Both the position numbers and the translations under genes were made by a program. From a bacterium (GTDB taxonomy: Bacteria; Patescibacteriota; Minisyncoccia; UBA6257; Colwellbacteraceae), in assembly GCA_021787205.1 (NCBI GenBank), contig JAJYME010000004.1, positions 39,063 through 103,062 of the forward strand: a stretch of DNA of 64,000 nt. Direction: 5' to 3'. Shown here one piece after another: positions 29,601 through 39,610 of this stretch; the stretch's first letter is position 1, and each line of letters begins with the position of its first letter. The notes beneath the pieces were generated by a model. That model saw only the letters and a list, made by a program, of their open reading frames with translations. It was not told where the DNA came from and did no database searches.

Positions 29601-29975
29601 TCTGACAAGACTGCCACTAAGGAATCAAAATCGGAGATAGGCAATTTTATCTCGGGAAAAGAAATGAAAACTAATTTTTCCAACGGCAATCCTAAGATAT
29701 TTGTTGCCGTGAATGATTTTCCATCAACGGTTGTCGCAGCCGAAGGCGTTCTTTATTTGAAAGAGAATGAGATGGTTGTCGGATACGATGAGGCGATGAT
29801 GATGAAAAATGAGGGTCTGATCTCTGGCGTTGGAAGCAGTTTGAAGGATTTCTTCGGATTACCGACTGTGAGGGTAGTCGGGATTTTGGATAAAACCGGG
29901 ACTGTTTTGGACGGTTATCACTTTGTCACTAAAGGAACGCTGGAGAAAATGACCGGTTCTCCGTCTACAAAATAA
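26694..29975 (+). CDS. copA: Cu(I)-translocating P1B-1 ATPase with two HMA domains and an extra C-terminal domain
   Basis: [35 protein letters not shown] and MALSS. Confidence 0.95.
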   Translation: MSERIILDVRGMHCASCEKIISEELSDLGGISDISADAKKGRVVVTINEGVTQNEVINSIRKAGYEATVAEVTPLSPASNDIAIQIKKGGESRDLKMRLSSHIEADGKIFENNTFEGKIKNSRQAEFVIPENETEIGDLAEKLKTAVDFPALFDSVFSGGNKEAASSGLEKEKQLTTSPAVSTADENKRVSLSLFGMHCSSCAAIIERSIKKVPGVKQASVNFAAEKATVVFDGSATDTGSLVKAIEKAGYRAELVDTRDQDYDRKKRDGEIKSYLKKFWWSSALSLPMLYFMLFDFFAIPGKAAVLPYIGIISLILTIPIQFVIGSGFYRGMYSSLKMKTFNMDSLIAIGTSTAFIYSTVNFFTYFYKTGSLIGLNGKIPELYFETAAFLITFVILGKWLEMRTKGRTGDAIKKLMGLQAKTARVFRDSKILDIPIEEVVAGDIVIVRPGEKIPVDGQIVKGSSAVDESMITGESLPVEKNEGDKVIGSTVNKTGSFEFRATRVGSETALAQIIRLIEEAQGSKAPIQGFADKISAVFVPLVIGLALLTFIVWYFVIGSSLTFALMAFTAVIVIACPCALGLATPTSLMVGTGKGAEYGILVKGGEPLEAACGIDAIIFDKTGTLTKGKPEVTDIVPFESLEEDEVLEISASLEKLSEHPLAEAIYTYANEEGLSLREVDGFEAIPGHGVKGRVDNVEYYFGNRRLMTNILGLQIEKINRKLIKLEEQGKTAMILAGKERILGAIAVADTVKPTSAEAVAKLKKMGIDIWMITGDNERTAKAIAQQVGITNILADVLPEDKANEVKKLQSTGKKVAMVGDGINDAPALAQANLGIAMGSGTDVAMEAGGIVIIKNDLNDVVTALKLSRETMAKIKQNMFFALFYNVIGIPIAARVFMVFGLVLKPELAGLAMALSSISVVSNSLLLRYFKPNRRNYISLIAPVVMILIFTFGFIQFAKTSSNMEKQEMSDKTATKESKSEIGNFISGKEMKTNFSNGNPKIFVAVNDFPSTVVAAEGVLYLKENEMVVGYDEAMMMKNEGLISGVGSSLKDFFGLPTVRVVGILDKTGTVLDGYHFVTKGTLEKMTGSPSTK

Positions 29976-30141
29976 GAGCTTAAAATCGATTGAAACAATC
30001 TGGATCATAAAACAATAAACGCCGTCAAACGGCGTTTATTGTTTTATGGGAAAGCGGATTTGTGATAGTATTAGGATATCAGATAAGGCCCAGGATTCCA
30101 TCTTCGCCCCAATAACACTCCAGAGGCTTAGAAGCGAAACA

Positions 30142-30798
30142 ATGCAAATAAAAACAAGAAACAAAAATGATATCTTGTTGCTTATCGGCGGATTGATTTT
30201 CATCGCGGCGGCAACATATTTAGGCCTCTTAGTCATGAAAGACAGACAACCTGAGCCGGTAGCTTGTACGATGGAGGCAAAGCTTTGTCCTGACGGATCG
30301 TATGTCGGGAGAATGGGACCTGATTGTAAGTTCGAACAATGCCCCGGGGTGAGCAAAAGACGGATTTCAACCGAAGGATGGAAAAAGATGGAGGATGCAA
30401 TCGACGAATTGACCTTCTTATATCCCGAAGACCTCTCAACTAAATATATAAAGGCCTATGACTGGCCACCTAAGGTCCAGGTATTGACTGGCAAATTTGA
30501 TTGTACGGAGGCCGGGTCGGAAACAGCGAGAGCCGGAAGAACATCGAGAGTTTTTGTCGATGATGTCGAATATTGCGTGACCAAAATATCCGAGGGAGCA
30601 GCGGGGAGCATATACACCCAATACGCCTATGCTTTTCCCAAGAATGGAAAAAACGTGATTCTGACTTTTACTACCAGACAAATCCAATGCGCCAACTATG
30701 AGCAGCCGGCGGCAGCAGAATGTTATGCGGAAAGGGAATCCTTTTCGATGGACGACATAGTTAACGGAATGGCGAGCAGCTTAGTTTTCAACAAATAA
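30142..30798 (+). CDS. Membrane-anchored protein with CTMEAKLCPDGSYVGR..P.C.F..CP module
   Basis: TM then four-Cys module; ATG 30142 preferred. Confidence 0.75.
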   Translation: MQIKTRNKNDILLLIGGLIFIAAATYLGLLVMKDRQPEPVACTMEAKLCPDGSYVGRMGPDCKFEQCPGVSKRRISTEGWKKMEDAIDELTFLYPEDLSTKYIKAYDWPPKVQVLTGKFDCTEAGSETARAGRTSRVFVDDVEYCVTKISEGAAGSIYTQYAYAFPKNGKNVILTFTTRQIQCANYEQPAAAECYAERESFSMDDIVNGMASSLVFNK

Positions 30799-30850
30799 AA
30801 AAATAATGATCAAGAATCAGGCAATAGTCTGATTCTTTTTATTTAAAGAC

Positions 30851-31024
30851 ATGTGGAAGTTTGCAGAAAAAAACCATATAACAATATTCATATTTTTAAT
30901 CGCCGTTTTCCTGCTTCTCTGGAATTTAGACAGATACCTCAAGATCTGTCCTTGGGGTCTGGCTCCAGCGGTCCTGGGCATAATTTTCGAGGTCGTCATC
31001 TTGATAAGAAAAAAGAGGAAATGA
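30851..31024 (+). CDS. 57-aa two-TM membrane protein (absent from ORF track)
   Basis: MWKFAEKNHITIFIFLIAVFLLLWNLDRYLKICPWGLAPAVLGIIFEVVILIRKKRK; stop overlaps the next ATG (ATGA). Confidence 0.65.
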   Translation: MWKFAEKNHITIFIFLIAVFLLLWNLDRYLKICPWGLAPAVLGIIFEVVILIRKKRK

Positions 31025-31656
31025 GATTCAGGAACAGGGAAGAGGCCGGAGAAAAGTTGGCGACGGCTCTTCAAAAATACAAGGATACCGATGCGGTTGT
31101 CTATGCCATGCCGCGAGGGGGCGTTCCTTTGGGGGAGATTGCGGCTAGGCGTCTTAACCTGCCGTTGGATTTGGTAATCGTCAGAAAGGTAGCCCATCCG
31201 AATGATCCTGAATTCGCAATTTGCGCAGTCGCGGAGAGTGGAAAGAAATTGTGCAATGAGGATGCTGCTTATTTGGATCAGGCCGCGCTTGATCTTCTGA
31301 TAAAAGACCAGGTAGCTGAGGCCGAGAGGAGAAGGGAGGTTTACTTAAGGGGTCGGAGACGCATTTCTCCCGAGGGTAAGACGGCGATAATAATTGATGA
31401 TGGAGTGGCAACCGGCCTGACAATGAAGCTGGCGATTGAGACAATAGCAGCCGCCCGTCCGAAAAAGATAATCGCCGCCGCTCCAATCGTCCCGAAAGAT
31501 GCTTATCGGGAAATATCAAAGAGTGTAGACGAGTTTGTCGTCCTCGAAGTGCCACAAGCCTATTTAGGCGCCGTCGGATCGTATTATGACGAGTTTCACC
31601 AACTTGAGGACAGTGAGGTTACAAAATTATTAAAAAAACATAATGACAATATTTAA
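31021..31656 (+). CDS. Type I phosphoribosyltransferase family protein
   Basis: MRFRNREEAG start, PRGGVP, IIIDDGVATG. Confidence 0.9.
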   Translation: MRFRNREEAGEKLATALQKYKDTDAVVYAMPRGGVPLGEIAARRLNLPLDLVIVRKVAHPNDPEFAICAVAESGKKLCNEDAAYLDQAALDLLIKDQVAEAERRREVYLRGRRRISPEGKTAIIIDDGVATGLTMKLAIETIAAARPKKIIAAAPIVPKDAYREISKSVDEFVVLEVPQAYLGAVGSYYDEFHQLEDSEVTKLLKKHNDNI

Positions 31657-32533
31657 TTTAGCTGAATATAAATATCTAGTTCCCGATTTGAGCGGGAGCA
31701 AAAAAGATGAAGTCGGGAAATACAAAATCAAGAAATTCGGCAACGGGACATCGATAATATCGATTGAAACTTCGGTTGAGGGGAAGAGATGCGCCGTTTT
31801 TGGCGGCGCCACTCATTTAACGTCCCTTTTTGAGACACTCCTCCTATGTCACACCCTGAAAAAAGAAGGAGCGAGACAAGTGACCGCAATCATTCCCTTC
31901 ATACCTTATGCGAGACAGGATGAGAATAAGAAAGGCGAAAGCTGGGGAATGAAATGGCTATCGGAAATGCTGGCTTCTTCCGGGGTGAATGAGGTAATAA
32001 CGATCGATATCCATTCAAAGCTAGCGGCGGAGTTAGGAAGTCTTCCGATCGTCTCATTGTCCTCGGCAGAAATCCTGGCCAGGCCGGCTTTAAAGATAGT
32101 AAAAAGAAGTTCTGTTTGCGTGGCGCCTGACGAGGGGGCGATTGATAACTGCATTGAGATTAGCGAGAAATTGGGAATGACGGCTCCCGTCGCCCATTTT
32201 TCAAAGAAGAGGTCGAGCCGGGGGAAGGTAAGGATAATCTCCTTTATGGGGAAGGCGGGAGAAGAGGCGGTAATCGCGGATGACATAATCGACACCGGAT
32301 CCACTCTAGTCGAAGCTTGCAAGAGACTTAAGAAAGCCGGCGTGAGAAAGATAACGGTTTTCGCAAGCCACGGAGTATTTGACGGAAAAGATTGGAAGAA
32401 ATCCTTTGGCCTCGGAGTTGATCGGATTTATTGCACTGATTCCAACCCGGCTATGAGAAGGTTAGATCACCCGAAAGTGAAGATCGTTTCGATAAAGAAT
32501 CTTATAGCAGAACATCTTATTCCCGGACTATAA
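31643..32533 (+). CDS. prs: Ribose-phosphate pyrophosphokinase (divergent)
   Basis: PYARQD, DIHS, VAPDEGA, DDIIDTGSTL, SHGVF. Confidence 0.85.
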   Translation: MTIFNLAEYKYLVPDLSGSKKDEVGKYKIKKFGNGTSIISIETSVEGKRCAVFGGATHLTSLFETLLLCHTLKKEGARQVTAIIPFIPYARQDENKKGESWGMKWLSEMLASSGVNEVITIDIHSKLAAELGSLPIVSLSSAEILARPALKIVKRSSVCVAPDEGAIDNCIEISEKLGMTAPVAHFSKKRSSRGKVRIISFMGKAGEEAVIADDIIDTGSTLVEACKRLKKAGVRKITVFASHGVFDGKDWKKSFGLGVDRIYCTDSNPAMRRLDHPKVKIVSIKNLIAEHLIPGL

Positions 32534-32577
32534 TAAGGTTTGTCTATTATGCCCGAGAGGGATAAAATTAATGTTAA

Positions 32578-35040
32578 ATGACCAAAGAGGAAGCGCAAAA
32601 ACAAAGTGCGGAGGAATTGACTAAAAACCTTGGGACTTCGGTTGAAACCGGTTTGAAAACCGAAGAGGCGGAAAGAAGACTGGGCGTTGACGGCTTGAAC
32701 AGTCTCCCCAAGGAGGGACACTCTGGTCTCAAGACTTTCTTTAATCAATTCAAGAGCTCAATGGTCTATTTATTGATCGGCTCCAGCTTGGTTTCTTTTG
32801 CCTTGACCGATATTCTGAGCGGCATAGTAATAATGACCATTGTCGTTATTAACGTCGGACTCGGCTTTTATCAGGAGTACAAGTCAGAAAAGTTAGTTGA
32901 GGGACTTTCTAAGTTTGTAAGCAAACAAGCAGTGGTAAGGAGGGACGGGCTAAACCAACTAATTGATTCCAGCCTGATCGTGACCGGAGATATCGTAATC
33001 CTCAAAGAGGGCGACATCGTTCCGGCGGACATAAAAATCACAGAAGTCGACGGTTTGGAGACGAATGAATCCCAGCTCACGGGAGAAACGGTAGCGGTGA
33101 GCAAAAAAGAGAACGATTTAATCTATTCTGGCAGCATCATCGAGAACGGAGGGGGAGAGGGCATTGTCTATGCGACCGGAGAGAATACCGAATTTGGCAG
33201 CATAGCCAGGGTTTCAGCAGCCATAAAGCGCGAAACCAGATATGAAAAATCATTGAATGAGTTAAGCTTTTTCTTGGTTAGGATAGTGGGAGCGATTTTA
33301 GCCATAGTCTTTATGGTCAAGATGTGGCTTGATTGGGGCTCTTTCAATCTCATAGAGGTGTCTTTGTTCATAATCGCGATGGCGGTAGCGACCGTCCCCG
33401 AGAGTTTGCCGGTAATCGCCTCCATCTCCCTTTCTAATGGCGCCTTGAAGCTTGCCAAGAAACATGTTGTCGTAAAGCACCTGACTTCTGTAGAAGACCT
33501 TGGTAATGTCACCATGCTTTGTACGGATAAGACGGGAACGTTGACGGAAAACAAAATGACGATCACCGGGATCGTTTCTGAAGATCAGGAGCTTTTTATG
33601 TCTTTGGCTTACGCCTCAGTCGAGAAAATAGGAATCGGGAGAAAGAAATATCAGAATGCTTACGACGAAGCCTTCAATGCTTATGCGACTAAAAAGACGA
33701 AAGAATCGGTTGACGAAAGGATGAGGACAATAAAAGAATTCCCATTCGATTCCGATGCCAGGAGGAGAAGAGCAGTCATTTATGATAAAGTCGCTAAAAA
33801 ATACTTTTTGGTGGTTATCGGCTCTCCGGAGACTTTGCTGCAGATTGCGGAGACCGAAAGATCGGAGCAGTATAAAGAAATATTAACTGAAGAGGGGAAT
33901 AAGGGATTGAGACACCTAGCGTTGGCTTACAAAGAGGTTGCTTATGACGATAATTTCGACATCATAAAGAGCGAGTCGGGAATTGATTTTCTTGGTTTTG
34001 CCACTTTTACCGATCCTCTAAGGGCGACATCGCAGCAGACGATAAAGGAAGCTGAGGCTTTAGGAATTTCGATAAAGATATTATCCGGGGACAGCAAGGA
34101 AGTTTCGGAATATGTCGGCAAGGAAGTCGGATTGATTTCCGGAAATCAAAAGGTATACACCGGAGACGAGCTTTTCGAAATGTCGGCGGACGAATTCAGA
34201 CGGGTAATAAATGAAAACAACGTTTTTGCTCGCGTGAATCCGGAGCAGAAATACAGGATCATAGCCGCCCTGAAGGAAAACAACATTGTCGCTTACCAAG
34301 GAGATGGTATCAACGACGCCCCGTCCTTAAAGTTAGCCGATGTCTCAATCGCAGTCAGTTCGGCCACCGATGTGGCAAAGGAAAGCTCGGATATAGTCCT
34401 TCTAAAGAGAAATCTGGAGGTCGTAATTGACGGGATAAAGTATGGAAGATCGATTTTCGTAAACATAAACAAATTCATAAGGCATACAATGATAAGCAAT
34501 TTTGGCAACCTTATTGCCTTATCAATCCTATTCCTTCTGTCCTCGGACCTACCCATGCAGACCATCCAAGTCCTTTTGCTGACAGTCATCGCTGATATCC
34601 CGATGATTGCCATATCAACCGATTCGGTCGATAAGGGAGAGATCATAAGGCCGGAGAAGCAAGACATAAGAGGTCTGATGTCAGTCTCTTTGGTCTTGGG
34701 AATACCGACGGCGGCAATGGATCTGGGGTATTTCTTCTTGATTCGAAATGAAGCCCCGAGAATCCTCCAGACAAGTTTGTTTATCTTTTTTGCCCTTACC
34801 GGTCTGGTTGTCTTTTACGCGATAAGGACGAAGAGACATTTTTGGAGGTCGAGGCCGTCGACCCCGATAAACATCGCATTCGTGGCAGCTTTCCTGATAT
34901 CTGTTCTTATAACCTATTTGCCAATCTTTCAACGCTGGTTCGGATTCGTATCGCTTCAAGCGAGTGCGATTATGATCATCACCATTTTCACGATCGGATA
35001 TCTTTTCTTAGCCGATCTGATTTATTCTAAGACAAAATAA
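32578..35040 (+). CDS. P-type cation ATPase (MgtA-like or related)
   Basis: TGET, VPESLP, DKTGT, SGD, GDGIND; ten TM. Confidence 0.85.
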   Translation: MTKEEAQKQSAEELTKNLGTSVETGLKTEEAERRLGVDGLNSLPKEGHSGLKTFFNQFKSSMVYLLIGSSLVSFALTDILSGIVIMTIVVINVGLGFYQEYKSEKLVEGLSKFVSKQAVVRRDGLNQLIDSSLIVTGDIVILKEGDIVPADIKITEVDGLETNESQLTGETVAVSKKENDLIYSGSIIENGGGEGIVYATGENTEFGSIARVSAAIKRETRYEKSLNELSFFLVRIVGAILAIVFMVKMWLDWGSFNLIEVSLFIIAMAVATVPESLPVIASISLSNGALKLAKKHVVVKHLTSVEDLGNVTMLCTDKTGTLTENKMTITGIVSEDQELFMSLAYASVEKIGIGRKKYQNAYDEAFNAYATKKTKESVDERMRTIKEFPFDSDARRRRAVIYDKVAKKYFLVVIGSPETLLQIAETERSEQYKEILTEEGNKGLRHLALAYKEVAYDDNFDIIKSESGIDFLGFATFTDPLRATSQQTIKEAEALGISIKILSGDSKEVSEYVGKEVGLISGNQKVYTGDELFEMSADEFRRVINENNVFARVNPEQKYRIIAALKENNIVAYQGDGINDAPSLKLADVSIAVSSATDVAKESSDIVLLKRNLEVVIDGIKYGRSIFVNINKFIRHTMISNFGNLIALSILFLLSSDLPMQTIQVLLLTVIADIPMIAISTDSVDKGEIIRPEKQDIRGLMSVSLVLGIPTAAMDLGYFFLIRNEAPRILQTSLFIFFALTGLVVFYAIRTKRHFWRSRPSTPINIAFVAAFLISVLITYLPIFQRWFGFVSLQASAIMIITIFTIGYLFLADLIYSKTK

Positions 35041-35063
35041 AAACCTCCCTAGGGAGGTTTTTA

Positions 35064-35702
35064 TTATCTTGAGTTGGCGCCGCTTTCGGTTTCCAAATTA
35101 TTCTCTGGCGATTCCTGACGCTGGACCGTCGGCTGCTGCTTGGATCCGTTTTTCAGTTTCTGAAGTTCGGATTGAAGCCTTTTGATCATATCAAGCAATG
35201 ACTGGATCGTCGGATTGGAATTACCATTATTGACGGCAGTCGTGCTTAGCTTGAGGCAGGCAGTCCTATCTGCGTTGAATTGTCTCGAGGCAGATTCTCT
35301 AGCCACGGTCTGGTTCTTCTCAGCGATGGAAAGAGAATCTTTCATCGTCTTTTCGGCCGTTTTTAAGGCAGTCTGGACGGTAGTCCTATCCTCGGATGAA
35401 TTCCAAGCGGAGACAGCGGCTGACTTATAGGTTGTCCTGGCGGAAATAACGGCAGTTTGATAAGTTTGAATGGAAGAAATTAAGGCGCTTTCTCTGGTAT
35501 CGACAGCCTTGCTCATACAGGACAAGTATTCTTTACCAGTACCTTGAACGGCGCTTGATTCTTCTCCGACTTCAAGCTTGATGCCTTGAGTTCCGGGGAG
35601 AGAGGCGTCGGAATTGGTTTTGGCCTCTTCTTGGGCGGAGGCGACGGAGACGCCGGCAAGAGCGGCGACGCCGATCAGGCCCGTTATTAGTAACTTTTTC
35701 AT
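35064..35702 (-). CDS. Secreted helical hypothetical protein
   Basis: Signal peptide from ATG 35702; TGcTATAAT 9 nt upstream. Confidence 0.75.
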   Translation of the reverse strand: MKKLLITGLIGVAALAGVSVASAQEEAKTNSDASLPGTQGIKLEVGEESSAVQGTGKEYLSCMSKAVDTRESALISSIQTYQTAVISARTTYKSAAVSAWNSSEDRTTVQTALKTAEKTMKDSLSIAEKNQTVARESASRQFNADRTACLKLSTTAVNNGNSNPTIQSLLDMIKRLQSELQKLKNGSKQQPTVQRQESPENNLETESGANSR

Positions 35703-35967
35703 TGTTGATTCATTATAGCATCGTTTTTTGCCGACTTCTTGTGGAAAACCTGGGAGGCTTGACAACATGGAGATAATTTGTTATTTTAATGATAAATAAT
35801 TTAGCCTTATAAATCCGGGTTAATCTATTTGATCAGATCCGGATTTTTTATTTTAGTGTCTCATTGGTCTAGTCGTTAGGCCGCAAACAAAAACAGACAC
35901 TTGATAGGAGGGGGTGTCTGTTTTTTAGTGCGTGCTCGTTATTCGGCTTTTTTATTTACAAATAAAA

Positions 35968-37290
35968 ATGAGACAAAAAACAAATAGTTTCAGATCCAAT
36001 GATGGATTTGAAAAAAAGAAAAAATCCTTCGGAGAACGTTCCGGAGGTTATAACAAGGGTCGTCGCGGATCGGGAGGCGGCAGGAGAGCTTTTATCGATG
36101 AATCAAGGTTCATCTCTAAGGCTAAGGATAGAAAGATCGTCGAGTATTCTCCTAAAAACAGATTTTATGATTTGCCGATAAACGAGGCCTTAAAGAAGAG
36201 CATCGAGGCTAAGGGCTATGAGAAGCCGACCTTGATCCAAGACAAGGCAATCATTCCTGCATTGGAAGGAAACGATTTGATCGGTATCGCCAATACCGGA
36301 ACCGGTAAGACCGCGGCCTTTCTTATTCCGCTCATTGATAAAGTCTTGAACAATAAGAATGAGAAGGTGTTGATTATCGCCCCGACGAGAGAATTGGCGG
36401 AACAGATAAGCGGAGAGTTAAGCGGCTTTTCAAAGGGCATGAAGATTTTTTCAGCCTTAGCCGTTGGCGGTATGAATATCGGCTCTCAGATAATGAATAT
36501 CAGGAAAGGAGTCAGCTTCGTAATCGGAACTCCTGGAAGAATCAATGATTTGATAACCAGGAAGGTTTTGAAATTAGAACAGTTCGGAACTTTGGTTCTT
36601 GATGAAGCTGATAGAATGCTTGATATGGGATTCATTGGAGAGGTGAGAAATATCTTCGAAAAGATGCCCGAGAAGAAGCAGGTCCTGTTCTTCTCCGCCA
36701 CTTTCGAGAAGGAAATCCAAAGGTTAGCCGATGATTTTTTGAAGGATCCAGTCAAGATAGAAGCCAAGACCGGAGATACTTCCGAAAATGTCGACCAAGA
36801 TGTCGTCAAATTCAGCCGCTATGAGGAAAAGATGGACACCCTTCACAATCTTCTCATTGAGGGGGGATTCAAGAAGGTGCTTATCTTCGGAGAAACGAAG
36901 ATGGGCGTGGAAGAAGTCTGCACGAATCTGAAGGACAGGGGATTCAAGGTGGTATCAATTCACGGAGATAAATCCCAAAGAGACCGTAGAGTAGCCCTTA
37001 AGATGTTTAAGGAAGAAAAGGCGGAAATCATGGTTGCGACAGATGTCGCCGCCAGAGGATTGGATATCCCTGAAGTTACCCACGTCATCAACTATGACAT
37101 TCCCCATACGTATGAGGATTATGTCCATAGAATCGGAAGAACTGGACGCGCCTCAAGCAAAGGAACGGCTTTGACTTTCGTAAAAGAGAGCATGTCTTTA
37201 TATGGAGACAGGCCGGAGAGAGGTGACAGAAACAGATACAGAAGGGGAGAGAAAAAGCCAGTCAGACAAAATAAGAAATTTAGAAGATAA
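35968..37290 (+). CDS. DEAD-box RNA helicase
   Basis: TGTGKT, PTRELA, DEAD, SAT, ARGLD, HRIGRTGR; ATG 35968 preferred. Confidence 0.96.
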   Translation: MRQKTNSFRSNDGFEKKKKSFGERSGGYNKGRRGSGGGRRAFIDESRFISKAKDRKIVEYSPKNRFYDLPINEALKKSIEAKGYEKPTLIQDKAIIPALEGNDLIGIANTGTGKTAAFLIPLIDKVLNNKNEKVLIIAPTRELAEQISGELSGFSKGMKIFSALAVGGMNIGSQIMNIRKGVSFVIGTPGRINDLITRKVLKLEQFGTLVLDEADRMLDMGFIGEVRNIFEKMPEKKQVLFFSATFEKEIQRLADDFLKDPVKIEAKTGDTSENVDQDVVKFSRYEEKMDTLHNLLIEGGFKKVLIFGETKMGVEEVCTNLKDRGFKVVSIHGDKSQRDRRVALKMFKEEKAEIMVATDVAARGLDIPEVTHVINYDIPHTYEDYVHRIGRTGRASSKGTALTFVKESMSLYGDRPERGDRNRYRRGEKKPVRQNKKFRR

Positions 37291-37360
37291 AAAACGCCCG
37301 GGATTCCGGGCGTTTTTTAGACTTTTATTCCAATTTCAAGCATAATGATACCTGAGTCTT

Positions 37361-39457
37361 ATGGAGAACTTCATAGCATTAGTGACGCCAATGCTCCAAC
37401 ATATCGGAGTATTCGGCTATTTGGTGGTTTTTGCGGTAACTTTTACCGAGGCCGTAGCTTTTATCGGTTCATTTATCCCAGGCGGAACGATTTTGACGAT
37501 TGCCGGATTTTTTGCCGCCCAAGGATACTTTAGTTTTGCCAAATTATTGACCGTCTCCGCCTTAGGTGTCATGCTCGGTGACGGGCTTAGCTTTTGGTTG
37601 GGATCAAAAAGCAAGAGACTTTTTAAGGAAAAGAGATTTTTGCTTAATGAAAAAAATCTCGAGAAGGGGAGAAAATTCTTTGAAAAACATGGAGGAAGAA
37701 GTATTCTTTTTGGGAGATTTATCGCCCCAGTCAGATCGGTCATTCCTTTTGTCGCCGGGGCCTCGAAGATGGATAAGTGGGAATTCACCTTTTGGATGAT
37801 CATCGGCGGCATATTATGGTCCTTATTCCATATCGTCCTGGGATTCTTCTTTAGCGGGACAATCGAGACTTTGGGAATGTGGTCGACAAGGGTTGGTGTC
37901 TTTGTCGCGGCGATAATCGTCGGAATAATCATTCTCCAGCTTATGGTCAGGTTTGCCCATCCGATATTCGAATTCTTGGGGTCGCTGCTTAAATCAATAA
38001 AAGAAGCAATATTGGAAAATCCGGACGTGAAGAAAATGGCCAAGAAGCATCCGAAGATATTCGCCTTCTTAGGGAAAAGGCTTGATACCGGCAATTTCAC
38101 GGGAATGCTTTTAACATCCCTTCTAATAGCCTTTGTCTACATCCTTTCCGTTTTTGCCGGGACGGTTGAAGACGTGGTGACAAACTCGATAATCACCGGC
38201 GCTGACCTAAGGGTCGAGAATCTGGTTTATTCCTTCAGGAACACGGACCTGATCAAGTTCTTCTTATGGGTGACGACTCTTGCCAATGTTCGGGTAATTA
38301 TCGTCTTTGCGACCATCCTTTCCCTGATATTGTGGGTAAGGAGGAAGAAGGAGTTCATACTGCCGTTCTGGGTGACTCTTTCCGGATCGACTTTGTTCTA
38401 CACGATAACGAAGCTGATCGTTCACAGGCCAAGACCGGAATTGGCTTATTATGCCGAGCGCGGCTTTTCTTTCCCTAGCGGACATTCGACAATCGCGGTG
38501 GCTTTTTACGGATTTGTCGCCTACATCCTTTTCCGCAGAAAGCATCATTGGAAGATGAAGGCTAATGTTGTTTTCTGGGGATTATTAACTATCTTAGCGA
38601 TCGGTTTCTCGAGAATTTATCTCTGCGTCCATTATCTGAGCGACGTCATGGGAGGCTATATGATGGGCGCCTTGTGGCTGATAATCGGCATCATCCTTTC
38701 CGAGTGGTTGCTTAAATACAGCAATGAGGAGAGGCAACCGGCTTCAAGGAAGGTGTGGGTGACCTCCATCGTCTTAGCTATCCTGGGAATATCGTTCTAT
38801 GCTTATGCGGCCTATACTTTCAGACCCGTCCCTAATAACAAGGCGATCATACAGGATAAGGTGACGACCGCCGATATCCAGACGATGTTTAACGCTTACA
38901 ATCTTTCAAAATACTCCGAAACATTGTATGGAAACCCGATGGAGCCGGTCAGCTTGATCATGGTTGCCGATAATGATGAGAAATTCGTGAGCTCGATGAA
39001 GGAGGCGGGGTGGAGCCTTGCCGACCAACTCAACGTATCGACTTTAATTGAAGCCGGTCGGACGGCGATGTTCAATGAAGAATATCAAACCGCTCCGATC
39101 ACGCCTTCTTTCTGGAATGCCCAAACCCACGACTTCGGTTTTCAGAAGCCGACTTCGGAAAATAGCGTCCGATTCAGGCATCACGCCAGATTTTGGAGAA
39201 CGAACGTCAGGACTGAAGATGGAAAAAATATTTACGTCGGGACAACAAGCCTCGATGTCGGCATAAAGTGGTATATCACTCACAGAATTTCTCCGGACAT
39301 AGATACGGAGAGAGAATTGGTACTAAATGATCTCGAGACAATCGGGGCGGCAACTTACGTTGAAAAGATCCAACTGGTGGCTCCGCTTCTGGGAAAGAAC
39401 TTCGCCAGGGATCAGTTCTTTACGGATGGAAAGGCCTACATCATTTATTTTAAATAA
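37361..39457 (+). CDS. DedA + PAP2 phosphatase + LssY C-terminal fusion
   Basis: DedA GRF..P.R; PAP2 K....RPRP, FPSGH, SRIYL.VHY.SDV; C-terminal RHHARFW, THRISPDID.ER. Confidence 0.9.
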   Translation: MENFIALVTPMLQHIGVFGYLVVFAVTFTEAVAFIGSFIPGGTILTIAGFFAAQGYFSFAKLLTVSALGVMLGDGLSFWLGSKSKRLFKEKRFLLNEKNLEKGRKFFEKHGGRSILFGRFIAPVRSVIPFVAGASKMDKWEFTFWMIIGGILWSLFHIVLGFFFSGTIETLGMWSTRVGVFVAAIIVGIIILQLMVRFAHPIFEFLGSLLKSIKEAILENPDVKKMAKKHPKIFAFLGKRLDTGNFTGMLLTSLLIAFVYILSVFAGTVEDVVTNSIITGADLRVENLVYSFRNTDLIKFFLWVTTLANVRVIIVFATILSLILWVRRKKEFILPFWVTLSGSTLFYTITKLIVHRPRPELAYYAERGFSFPSGHSTIAVAFYGFVAYILFRRKHHWKMKANVVFWGLLTILAIGFSRIYLCVHYLSDVMGGYMMGALWLIIGIILSEWLLKYSNEERQPASRKVWVTSIVLAILGISFYAYAAYTFRPVPNNKAIIQDKVTTADIQTMFNAYNLSKYSETLYGNPMEPVSLIMVADNDEKFVSSMKEAGWSLADQLNVSTLIEAGRTAMFNEEYQTAPITPSFWNAQTHDFGFQKPTSENSVRFRHHARFWRTNVRTEDGKNIYVGTTSLDVGIKWYITHRISPDIDTERELVLNDLETIGAATYVEKIQLVAPLLGKNFARDQFFTDGKAYIIYFK

Positions 39458-39610
39458 GAAAATCCGCCCGCTGAGGCGGATTTTTGTCGTTTTTGCCTTA
39501 AGACTTTATAATTCATAAAAAGATGGGGTGTGGCAGCCGTTTGTCGTCCTATCTTTGCTAAGATAAGTTTTTTGAAGCTAGGAACAAAAGATCAGAAATA
39601 ACAAAAGAGG

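Noticed and set aside
29880-29910. Second DKTGT phosphorylation site in CopA
   Set aside because: It lies in the C-terminal accessory domain without the other P-domain motifs; most likely coincidental.
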